In this document: in pieces, positions 1 through 14,685 of the stretch | How positions within the stretch are numbered: the stretch's first letter is position 1 | Layout: every line of letters starts with the position of its first letter | Assembly: GCA_964255285.1 (NCBI GenBank) | Contig: CAXUUL010000006.1 | Span: forward strand, 62,001 to 86,356 | Length of the DNA stretch: 24,356 bases | Direction of reading: 5' to 3' | Source of the DNA: Ionaspis alba | Lineage: Eukaryota | Made by a program: the position numbers and the translations under genes | The notes under the pieces: generated by a model | What the model was told of the DNA's origin: nothing | Seen by the model: the letters and a program-made list of their open reading frames with translations, nothing else | Databases searched by the model: none

Positions 1-250
1 CTCATTACCTCGACCGCTGACCCTCGAGTCGACGAGAACTCAACGTCCCATACCTCAAGACCGCTCGGTCCGTTATTACCATCATCTGCAGGTGAACCCT
101 CTTGCTAGCAGGCAATACAGGCAAACCGAAGCACCTACCACGCATTTGTGCTATCGCTGAGAACTTCCATTCAGACTGCTGCGGGCTCCATTCTGGAGGA
201 TCACCGGACCTCATACCTCTTGCAAAATTCTGACGAAAGTTCGAAGTTTC

Positions 251-262
251 ATGCCACCATAG
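251..262 (+). promoter_or_regulatory. Minimal uORF (ATG CCA CCA TAG), the only ATG on the + strand in positions 1-810
   Basis: Read directly from the sequence. It is functional only if transcription of the GID7-like gene starts upstream of 251. Confidence 0.3.
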
Positions 263-810
263 TCGCTATCCGACTCGTGGACCAAAGGCGCTGGCTTCTA
301 GAGCCTAATCTCTAGAGGCTCCCCAGACACTTTGCGAAACTATCGTAGCTCGTTGCTGAGTTATCTCGGCTTTGAGCTCAAAGCATAATCGGCGGCCAGC
401 CCGCTGCCATCGTCCTGGCAGACGAGGGCCCCCCATCTATTCACACCCCCATCGCTCCCGACTCCCCAACCACCTCGATCACCCCACAAGCTTCTATTGC
501 CACACCAAACTCAGCACCCCTCTTGTCATCTATACAGGTAGTTGACGATCTTTCAGCACACCCAGCAGGAGTCCTACAGCAGTCCTTGGATTACTCGCCA
601 TCAAACTCCGCCTCTCCTTTCCAATCTATAATCCGACCCACCAGGCGACGACGTCGAAGATCATCTTCTGAGCCGACGGAGCCAGAGGATTCAATCGAAC
701 CAAGAAGGCCGTCTGGCACGGCGGGAGAAGACGATCCACAAAGAGGTACACGGGGGCTTGATCTGGGTACTCGAAGAGGGAGGCCTTCCTCGCCAAAGCG
801 CCCACGCCTT

Positions 811-3007
811 ATGAGCAAAGACATGCGTTTAGATTCCGACAATTCAAACTCAACTTCGAACGGTACACGGTATCATGCAAATGGGGCTTCACCATCCCTC
901 TTCGGAAAGGGGTCAACACCAGCTGCTACCAACGGATATGCACATACGAATGGCCATGCCTCACCCTACACAAATGGGTCTTCTTCGGTGACAGCGAATC
1001 CAAAGCCACCAACGTATTACGGACATGACCGGGAAGAGGTTGTCCGCTTGCTAATACAGGGCTTGAGCGATTTAGGCTATCAAGGGGCAGCCAATCAATT
1101 AGTTCAGGACAGTGGCTTCGAACTTGAAAGTCCCACGGTGGCGGCATTCCGACATGCCATCCTTGAAGGCGAATGGTCGGAAGCAGAGTCGTTATTGTTT
1201 GGTTCATCTTGTCCCGAAGACGGTGGCGGTGTTAGCATTAGTAATGGGCACACAACCCGTAACGATGGCCTTGTCTTGGCACAAGGGGTTGACAAAGATG
1301 AATTGAAGTTTCGGTTGAGGAGACAGAAGTACTTGGAGTTGCTTGAGCTACGGGATCATGGTGGAGCCTTGATGGTGTTACGGCAGGAGCTGACCCCTTT
1401 ACATCAAGATGTTGGCCAACTCCACGTGCTTTCTGGGTTAGTCCTTCCACCGGACCCTTACAAAGTCTCACTTTGGTTTTTTGTCCCTGCTAACAAAATT
1501 AACACACTAGTCTCATGGTTTGCCAGTCCGCTGACGAGTTGAAAACACAAGCTGGCTGGGATGGAGCCCACGGATCATCGAGGAAGACTTTGCTGTCAGA
1601 GATGTCAAGTTTGTAGAAGAATCTTTCTCCTCTAATAAGTGTCTAATAACTATCTTCAGAGTCGATATCACCATCTGTCATGATTCCTGATCACAGATTG
1701 GCTGTCCTGTTAGATCAAGTCAAGCAGAATCAGATCTCCAGATGTCTCTATCACAATCCTACCACATCGTCGTCGCTATTCTCAGACCACATCTGTGACC
1801 GGACTCAGTTTCCAGATCAGACCATTCTAGAGCTCAAGCAAGCCGACGAGGTCTGGTTTCTTGAATTTTCGCACGACGGGAAAATGCTAGCGACAAGCGG
1901 CCAAGACCATGTTGTAACTATTTACGACACTTCAAACTTCCAGATCGTGCACACGCTGACGGAACATTCTGATCCTGTTGCGTACTTGGCGTGGAGTCCC
2001 GATGATTCCAAGTTGATCACTTGTTCTCATGATCGGACTGCCAAAGTATGGGATGTAGCTGTGCGTTCAGCCCTGAATACAGATTTCCTTTTGTTATCTA
2101 TGCTAATGCCTATACAGTCTGGTCATTCCATTTTGAAAATCAATAACTTCAATGAACCGGTCACCTCTGCTGCTTGGGCTCCGGACGGTCAGACGTTTGT
2201 TACAGGATCCCTCGACATACAATCACAACTGTGCAGCTGGGATTTGCAAAGTGGCCGGAAACTCTATACATGGTCGAGTAATTACAGAGCGAATGACCTT
2301 GCCATATCCCGTGATGGACGTCGACTTATCACCATCTCGTCGGAGAAACAGATTTTCGTCTACAACCTTATTACCAGGGAAGAGGAATATTGTCTGAGGC
2401 TGAAGACTAAGATGACGTGTATCAGCATCAGTCGAGACTCCAAATACATGCTTGTTAACATGGCCGACAACGAGCTACAAATCTTTGAGATAGACACTGC
2501 CGAGATTGTCCGAAGATTCATAGGCCAGAAGCAGGGCGAATATGTGATCCGAAGTACCTTCGGTGGGACGGACGAGAATCTCATTATCAGTGGAAGTGAA
2601 GGTAGGAGAAACACTAGATTCTTTTTAGGGCTAATACTAACACAACTCTTAGATGGACACGTATACATCTGGCACAAAGAAAATGGCAGTCTGATCGAAA
2701 CTCTCCCTGGGCATGGCAGCGGTTGCGTTAATGACGTAGCATGGAACCCCGCAAACCCTGGCATGTTTGCATCCGCTGGCGACGACAAGAAAGTCCGGAT
2801 GTAAGTTCATTCGTTGTTTATATAAGCTGCAACCTCAAAATTGATCCTCCCACATGGGTCACGGGTCTTGCTATCTGGAGGCTAAGATATCACAGATGGT
2901 CCAGAGATACCTCACCCAACTCGAATAGGCGCCGCATCAGCACTCACGAGCCACGTCGTGTTCACTTTGCGCGATCCTCCTGGGAAAGTTCAACGACACT
3001 AATCTGA
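811..3007 (+). CDS. GID7: GID/CTLH E3 ligase WD40 subunit (Gid7/WDR26-like): LisH-CTLH plus WD40 repeats. 622 aa from the first ATG; ~754 aa if initiated at CTG 415
   Basis: Exons 811-1436, 1511-1608, 1660-2060, 2118-2601, 2653-2800, 2896-3007 (1869 nt, in frame); all introns GT..AG with CTAAC/CTAAT/CTAAG branch-like sites. LisH-like 'REEVVRLLIQGLSDLGY..AANQLVQDSG', CTLH 'FRHAILEGEWSEAE...RQKYLELLE', 'MIPDHRLAVLLDQ...CLYHN', WD repeats 'EVWFLEFSHDGKMLATSGQD', 'GQKQGEYVIRSTFGG', 'VNDVAWNP..PGMFASAGDDKKVRIW'. The true start is uncertain (see findings). Confidence 0.88.
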
Positions 3008-4330
3008 CCGCATGCTGTCTCGCTGATATGTCTCTCGGTCAATACTGGCACAATACAAAGGCAGTTTCGGGGCATTGATATGGCGAAACTGGAACAGTTA
3101 CGAGTGATGCTTTCCTTTCACAGCAATCGTTGTGGCGCTGGAGGATGATTGTCATGTTGGGCTTCGTGACAGCTTGAATTGCATTGGTATTGCTCTCGGC
3201 ACGGCTCACTGCATTAGAGATGGAGCTGAGCATAGATTGCCGTCTACTCTACTTTTCTGTCTTATTTTTCTGCCTCAACTTCGTCGGGTGGTGATGAGAT
3301 GCATGGGCTTGGCGTACGAGTTTTGGGCCGCGATGGGGGAAGTATTTTAGGCAGATTTATCATGCTAGAACACAGTCTCGATACTCGATATGTCTCCTGC
3401 TGTGCCACTGTAGCGAAAATATCTGTACCGAAATCAAGTGCCCAGGCCCAAGGGCAACGAGAGAACATCTTGATTGTCAGGACGGGTTCAAGGTAGATGG
3501 TATCAAGAAACCTAGATCGAAATGAAATAGGCATAAGTCATAATCCTGAATCTTTGGCGTTCCTGGCCTTCTCCTTCAAACTCAGACCAGTGGCTTGTCA
3601 TCCTGCATGAGACGCGTTACGACTAGAGTGAGAGTGTCGTGCGAGGAGTACCGGGAAATCATAGCATCAAGAGCCCTACCATTTGGATTGTTTGCCCTGT
3701 CAATTTTCTGCCCAACAAGTCCCGCAAACTCGTCGAGGATTTGGAATGATTATGCGCGCTTCACTGTCCATTCACGCGCAATAGGAAGAGCCATCACTTC
3801 TCAGCAATTTCATCTTGCGCGGTCAGGGCAAACTCCTTTCTAAACATGATTGTAGAAGCAGACACTCGCCCGAAGGAACCTACCCTTCGCGTGACAGTCC
3901 GTGAAAAGGGCCTTGACCGGCTGGCAGGCGTACGTGGTGACGAGTACTATCACGAGTGGGAAGGATGCGTTAGTATTGGGAAGAGGGTGGGAGAACTGTT
4001 GAGGAGGCAGCAGGAACGAGAAAGTTCATGTACGATCAGACATGTACAAAACAATCGATCCGAGCAAAGCACCGAACTGCAATTCAGAAGAATGGATAGA
4101 TAATAGCTGTCATTTATCTCCATGCCCCCGAGGGCAACCTATTTCTTCCCTGTTCGAGTTCAGACTTATGCCACTAACGAATTGTGGCTAGGCTCATTCC
4201 TTTCATGGATATTTAATGCATTCAGCGGATAATCCTCTTGCTATCCAGAATAAACAAGACAATGCATTCGAAACGGTAACTTACACACAGACGCAGCTCC
4301 GAGTCCTATTTTAGACCGTCGACCTTACCC

Positions 4331-7300
4331 CTAGCAGCCAAAGTTCCAAGTCGCCTCGACCCCATCTTCAAACTCTTGAGCCTCACTAAAATCACTTGGC
4401 TGACGGCTCCGTACTCCGTGGTCCTCCCCGTCCTTATCGCAACGGCAGGCCTCTTCTCTACATTCACAGACACCACATTCCTCATCAAGTCCTAGATTTT
4501 CGATCTCTGATTCTCCAATGCTGTCCACACCGTCCGTACCCTCGCTATATCTCTTTTGCCGCGTTTCTAGCTGCAATACTTCCCATAGCCCAAGTCGCTC
4601 CTCTGCTTCGAGCTTCCAATCTCGCTGATCATTGTTGTCAGAATTGATTTGATTAGAGGACCGATGAAGGGCATCCCAGAGCTGGGCCTGTTCGAGTTTC
4701 ATATTGTGGTCGATGTTTTCGGGTTCTCTCAAGTGTGGGAACTTGCAATGAGGGTAAGGTGAAAAAACAGTCAGTTGATCGCACGAGTCAGAGGCGACAG
4801 CGGGATTGGAGAGTGTTGAAACGCTTGGCGGATGGGCGTGATCGGCTCCCGTGCCGTGTGGGTGGACATCTTCACGAAAGAACTCGTAGAGCTGTAGAAG
4901 GACGCTGGGGTCATCCTGGCTGGCAGCACTGGAGTAGCGAAGTGGCTGATCGCTATGTCTACTTACGGTGAGATGCGTTTGGGCTGTTGGTATCTTGGCT
5001 GCCCCTGTGCCGGTGGAATTGTCGTCGGAAATATCGTCCTTGCAATCGTAACAGCCAGAATCTATTTTGCGCTCTTTAAACGATGCTTCATTCTCCTTCT
5101 GAGACTCGCTGCTTCCTTGTCTCTCTGTGATAATTTGGATTTCCGAATCTGACGTTGACACATCCGTTTCTGTGGGAGAAGCCAGAGGAGTTGGGGGAAG
5201 CCCTTGGAAGGTAGGGAATAGGTTGTCGGTGTGGGCCGAGTCGTCTCTCAAACTTCTTAACACGGAATAGCGGTTGTTCAAGCGTGTGATATGTGGGGGT
5301 CCATTGGGTAGCACCATGGGCGACGTGGATCCTCCCTTCCCTTGGGCTTTCGAAGACTCGTCAGCTTCACTGGGATCTGAGGATCTGGGAGAACCTTTAG
5401 CAGATGAGGTTTGCCAGATCACAGCATCATGGTTATGTGAGCTTTCCGGAAAGGCTGAAAGCCGTGGTCTACGAAGTCGCGTTGGCAACATAGTTTCTTG
5501 ATTGTGCAGCGCGCTCGTCGTCGTGTGCCATTCGTCCTGCAGGGGTCGGTCCAGAAAATGTTGTCCCTGATGAAGGGTGTGTAGCTCCTGCACCATACGA
5601 TGCAGCTCGGGCGAAGAGTGATGCAAACTGCGGCGACGCTCGCTGCGCTCATGCTGGTCAAAGAAATCTTCGTCAAAAAGTTTCGAATCTTGCCAGTGAA
5701 ACTCATCGTGATTGTCTCTCTCAAACCATTCATGGTCATCGATGCTTCGCGGAGCGCTGCGACTAGAAGCTCGAGTATTGCCGGAAAGAGAATCGGGAGT
5801 GTCTCTTTCAGTGCGACGCCTCTTACTGAGGCTTTTAGACTTGCGATAATCACTATCAGGAACATGAGAGTCCTCGCTGCATTTGCTCGAGACTCCACGG
5901 GAACGACGAGAAAGACTGCCAATGCCTGGCCTATGGGAAACATTTTGAGATGCATCGCTCGTCGCTCCACTCATGCGAGATGTATGTCTGAAGCCAATGC
6001 CAGATGCCGTTGTGTCAGCATTGGAGTCGACCGCATCGCTAAGGCCGTTCCATCTCTCAACAGCGGTGCGATTTGGATTGTAGGGCTGCCATGCCTGAGC
6101 TGATGCATTCAGGTGGAAAACCTGCACATCTTGTTGAACCTCTCCCGTACCAAACAGTTCATGGATATACTTCGGATGTTTGTGAGACATGTCATTGGTG
6201 TGATAAGGGAGATGGGCAGTAAAAATCTTTTTCACGTCATAGTCGTTCGGAGTATATTCTTGGGGCAATGGGTGTCCATGGTCGGGCAAAGATTTCTCTC
6301 CGAGAATATCTGTTTCCTTCTCCATCAAAACATCCTCTATCGGACTCCTGGAACTAGAAGGAACATGGAAGCTTTTGCGCGCGTACCAAGGAATGACTTT
6401 CAATGATACCCGTCCCCGAGCAGAACGCCTCAATGAGATCGAAGTGGTAGAATGATGTTCTGTAACACTGGCTTTAATCTCAATGCGGAGCAAGTTTACC
6501 ACGGCGTACGGTCCTTCACGACCATAATTGATGACTTCTCCAAGATGTCCTGATCTGCCGCGGCACTCCGAGAACAAAGGAATAGTACCCTTGAACCCGG
6601 ATATTGATTCGTCCCATTTGAGCCACGGCTGTGGCGATACAACTGTGTAGGAGACCCCTGCAAGTATTTCCTTGTTACTCGGACCACAATGATAGCGAGG
6701 TATGAGGCGAATCTCGGTACCTTCACGTGGCAATACGTCAATATCAGGAAACGAGATGTAGTCCGGAGCCGGCACTACGTTAGCAACTGAGGGTGGGATT
6801 GTTTCAGAGAAGGGATCGAATCCTGGACGTAACTCGACTCTTACTGCTGTATCCACGGCAGACTCTGACGCTAATTGCTCGAAACTATCGAGCGACAGGA
6901 GAAATAAGAGCACCAACTCCATCATAGCCTCCAAAGATCTTGTGTTGAGCAGGGCCAAACGCATCTTGCCAAACATTCGGTAAATCAGGTCACACACAGA
7001 GAACTTGATCAAATGAGTCTCCTCGGCATCCTGGAAAGGATAAAATCTCTGGCGAGCTGCTGTGTCTAGTCCATGAAGCTGAGTTGCGAGTAAGTCTTCC
7101 AAGCAAGGTATGAGTAATTTATGCATGTCCTGAATCACCATCGCATCCTCAAGCATCAGACCAGTCCAGACAGTAGATGTGCCTAAATGCTCGATTGGGG
7201 AGCCTCGCCGGAGATATTCCAGATCGACGATTTGGCTATTGGCCCTGTAAGGATTGAAGGGCTTTAATATGGGTTTGTAGACATCAAAGCACGTAGAAAT

Positions 7301-7984
7301 GCCGTAATCGAGGCCTCTGATGCTGATATTGTGCGGCATTGAGGGTGGTGGCGGATCGTTGGTCAAGTATCTCAGGGAAGTCCTGGTCTTGCGGGGGTGG
7401 AGTATGGGACCCGTCTCGTAACGAGGTGATTTGGCAAGTATCTGGTGGCATTAGCTATCAGACTCGGCGACGATGACAAACAAACCCACTGTTGTAGGGG
7501 AGCGATCGTGGGGGACGCCAATGGCAGGTATCCATGGAGATTCCGGTGATGTCACTGCTGCTTGGGCCACGCTGGATGACTTGACGAAGCCACGGCCTGT
7601 TTTATTGTAGTCGACTGAGAAAAAATTCCTCGCATCGTCCACATAGTCCCCAGGACAGAGATGGCGGACTCCCCCGCCATTTGATGGACTTACAGCGATA
7701 GGGGTTTGGGCCTCTGGTCTAGTAGGGGACAGGTTACAGTTGGTCTCTGAAGTGTTTCGATCAACGGATGAAAGGCTATCATGTGGGGACGACTCAGTAT
7801 CTTGGGCGCACGTTACTTCGTCGATGACTGGAGCTTGCTGAGATCTGTTCTCCGAAAAAGCATTATTCGAAATGTTGCTTAGGACTCGTCGAGGCGTGCT
7901 AGTATTCTGTGTTAGTCACAAAACATCTTCCTACAATCGGAATTGAGCGTACATCAGCACGTCTGGGGTTTTCGTAGAAGCCAT
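4331..7984 (-). CDS. Uncharacterised ~1183-aa protein; largely low-complexity, with a central Ig/cadherin-like (Axl2/He_PIG-like) motif and candidate degrons
   Basis: Model: exon 1 7984-7953 (MASTKTPDVLI), intron 7952-7899 (GTACGC..ACTAAC..TAG), exon 2 7898-7490, intron 7489-7442 (GTGGGT..GCTAAT..CAG), exon 3 7441-4331 (1037 codons, includes the 1011-aa ORF). Total 3552 nt, in frame. No family recognised overall. Confidence 0.75.
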
Positions 7985-8258
7985 GTCTCCAATGCTGCGT
8001 TTGAGAATGTAAATAGTAATGCTGGGTACTGATACCGCCTGAGGGATTGACGATGGCCGTGGATATAGACAAGAAAGCAGACGTGTGCTGGATAGAAGAT
8101 TGGTAAATGTCGAGAGAAGAGAGTAGGAGTACAAGAAAGGCAAGTAAAGCTTTGGACAGGGAAGGTACTAATAACACCGATAGCAGAATTTGGCAAGCAC
8201 TCCTCTCGAAAAAAAGAGCTCGATTATGTCTCCAAATGACATGCTGTATCAGTGACTT

Positions 8259-9738
8259 TTATATTGCGTCCATACTAGCTCTAGTACTCAGCTGCTCATT
8301 CTTGTTGCCAAGCTTAGATATCTGCAAAAACACATCGACGCCATATCCTTCCATGTTGTGTAGCTCTAAGCTCCCGGCCCAATATTCTGCGTACACTCTG
8401 CTCATCGGTAGTCCCATTCCCAACCGCAAATTAGGGGGTCGAGAGGTCAGAGAGCTAAGGGAGCTGTGTTGAGAACGCTTGCCGCTGGTTGTACCTGGCT
8501 GTCCACGTCCGCTATCAGAAGACTGCAATTCTTGCATTGTAGCAGCCATCTTGGGTACTTGCAATAGATTCTTGAGCCGTGCTTCGCTGCGAGGTCCCTT
8601 ACTAAAAGACCAAAGGTACGGAAGTATCTCCCTAGGAACCCCACCCCCTTCATCAGATATCCGAATAATCACATGTTGAGGTGCCTCGCAAACAAGAACC
8701 TCGATGGGTGGCGGAGGTCCTGGTAGATTGGTCCAACGCTCCATAACGGCCTGCATAGAATTACGAAGTAGTTCGCCGACGATATATTCGAGATGACTTA
8801 GGATGTATGGAAAGGTCGCTTCCAGATGTCCGTCGAGTTTGATCTCAGGCAAGAGGCGCTGTGTGCCAAATGCTTCTTTCGCCAAACGCTGTGCTAATCG
8901 GCCACAGCCCTCCACGACCTCGCGTGCATTACACCGCAGGAACACTTCTCCTACAAAGTCTGCATTAGCTTCAGCCTGACTAGCAGTATTTGGAAAATGC
9001 CAAGGCGAGGCATAGGTCTCGGTCAAGGCAAGATGTTGTTCGGCGATGACCCGGCGAGAAATCCGCTGCCATATATCAGCCACATTACTCAGGTTCGGAG
9101 CATAAGACCCACGGATCGTAGGAGTGTGTTCATAAACTGATCCATCTCATCCGGCCGCATCAGATCCTGACACTCCAGTACCCCCATTGCCAAGCTGGGA
9201 ATAACGGTCAAGTGCTCTTTCAGTGTACCGCTAATGATGGCACAATATCTGTCATTGTCTTCAACTGTTCTGATCTCCCGCACCCTTCTCAATGTTTCAA
9301 ATGCCTTGTAGTAGAGCTCGTAGACATGTGAGATGTGGGGATTCGTGACCACAACATATGGAAGAGTTTGCATGTCCCGAAGGCGATGGGCCAGCCTGTA
9401 AATGATGAGACATAAGCCCGAAAGACTTGGGGCTGCGACGAATACCTCGTAGGTAGTTCTGTTCGGACATAATTGGCAGAGCTGATGAGTCGACTTTCTG
9501 TCAAAGTTCGTCCAAAGAATGTCAGTTGACGCAGACTGATAGGTCTGGCTTCTTTCTGCACCCATCTGCATTTAGGTATTAGAAGAAGCCATCGTAATTT
9601 TCTTGACTGAATGCCAACGTACTCATCCAGTATTGCTGCTGGCCGCCATGGAGGAGTCGCTGCCGTCAACCATCTTGCTTCACTGTGGAGAAATGCCCAG
9701 GCGATTGGCTGTATGCGCCTGGGTGATCGAAGCAGCAT
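8259..9738 (-). CDS. Mitochondrial alpha-ketoacid dehydrogenase kinase (PDK/BCKDK family, GHKL ATPase), 441 aa
   Basis: Exons 9738-9623, 9565-9446, 9395-9113, 9065-8259 (1326 nt). Arg-rich presequence-like N-terminus MLLRSPRRIQ; 'RPISLRQLTFFGR', 'ELPTRLAHRLRDMQTLP', 'SRISRRVIAEQHLAL'; N-box 'ELLRNSMQA', G1 'RISDEGGG', G2 'GMGLPMSRVYAEYWAGSL'. Substrate (PDH vs BCKDH) cannot be assigned from sequence. Confidence 0.92.
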
Positions 9739-9988
9739 ATCAATACTTCCATACGTATGGCGAGACAATTGAGCGCTCAAAGTAGAGCTGCCATAGACAG
9801 AGCCAGTTGATGAAACTCCTCGTGGGCCGTTTAGCAGATTCGAGCAGCGGTAGAATAAATTTCGTCGCGGAGACGGTGGTCTGAGGGACGGGCTTTTGCC
9901 CCGCAATGTCACACGGTGGAATTTCGCGGACAGCTAAACAATAATCTAAGACCATACTTCTGACGCTGACCTACGACTCCATGCTCAA

Positions 9989-9995
9989 TGACTCA
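9989..9995. promoter_or_regulatory. TGACTCA, consensus Gcn4/CpcA (AP-1-like) bZIP site in the divergent kinase/USP7 promoter
   Basis: Exact match ATGACTCAA at 9988-9996, about 250 nt upstream of the kinase ATG. A single 7-mer can occur by chance. Confidence 0.35.
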
Positions 9996-10083
9996 AAGAG
10001 AACTGTCTGGCTCAATACATGGCTCTGCGATCAATGTTCATACCGCCTTTGATATCGAGTGAGTAAGAAGTCTACCATACCAA

Positions 10084-10097
10084 TGACGCGTGCGTCA
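10084..10097. promoter_or_regulatory. Dyad TGACGC-GT-GCGTCA containing an MCB core (ACGCGT)
   Basis: Perfect 6-bp inverted repeat with a 2-nt spacer, near the middle of the 637-nt divergent intergenic region. Confidence 0.3.
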
Positions 10098-10375
10098 CTT
10101 CTGGCCAAAACTTCACTGAAAGCAGACTAATCTTCCAATTATCAGCGCCAACCTATCTTCCTATATTGTCGCGTCTGCTCTGTAACTTTCTACCGTCGAG
10201 TCGACCAGCCTTAATCTTTAGGTAGCGGGAGAGCTTGTTTCTCGCATACCACAAACCATCACTCTTCACACCAGAACGCCACCAATCCAGGTTACTACAG
10301 TCCTCCACTATCTATAATCTTCAAAGGCTTCCAATAATCCCGTTATTTGATAGCTTGGGGAACGCTACCTCAAAA

Positions 10376-14312
<3,937 letters not shown>

Positions 14313-14420
14313 CGGAGACACAAGAAAGGGCATGGGGGCGTACTGTTACTTGCTCGCTCGGTGTTGACGTGGATGCTTGGTTGGGGAGCTCAGGAAATTG
14401 CCAGATTTTGGATGATACAC

Positions 14421-14431
14421 TTTTTTTTTTT
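14421..14431 (+). repeat. T11 homopolymer in the USP7 3' region
   Basis: Eleven consecutive T, read directly. Confidence 0.8.
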
Positions 14432-14685
14432 CCACGTGCGTTGTAATAATGCTTAGAACATGTTTCGGGCGTGTGTACGGCGGCAGGTATTTCATCTTCA
14501 ATGTATATTCATCTGCTTGCAAAGCTGGACATTTATACAAAGGGCAATGTTTGCGAGACACCAAAAAGTTTGGCCGAGGGGAGAGCGCCAAGCACCTATG
14601 ACGTCCGAACAGGCACTTCGAAATCTCTGAGGGAGCAGACCCATAGATCGATCTAGTAATTCACGACATACTTGGAGTAGAATTG

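Noticed and set aside
523..525. TTG start used by the ORF track for the GID7-like ORF
   Set aside because: ORF-caller choice. The frame is open further upstream to 376 and the context (C at -3, T at +4) is poor.
5419..6406. Overlapping ORFs 5419-5970(-), 5600-6103(+), 6113-6406(+)
   Set aside because: Shadow or antisense frames of the long orphan CDS, with no recognisable motifs.
7364..7366. TTG start of the 1011-aa ORF as a non-AUG start
   Set aside because: Explained by two upstream exons with canonical introns leading to ATG 7984.
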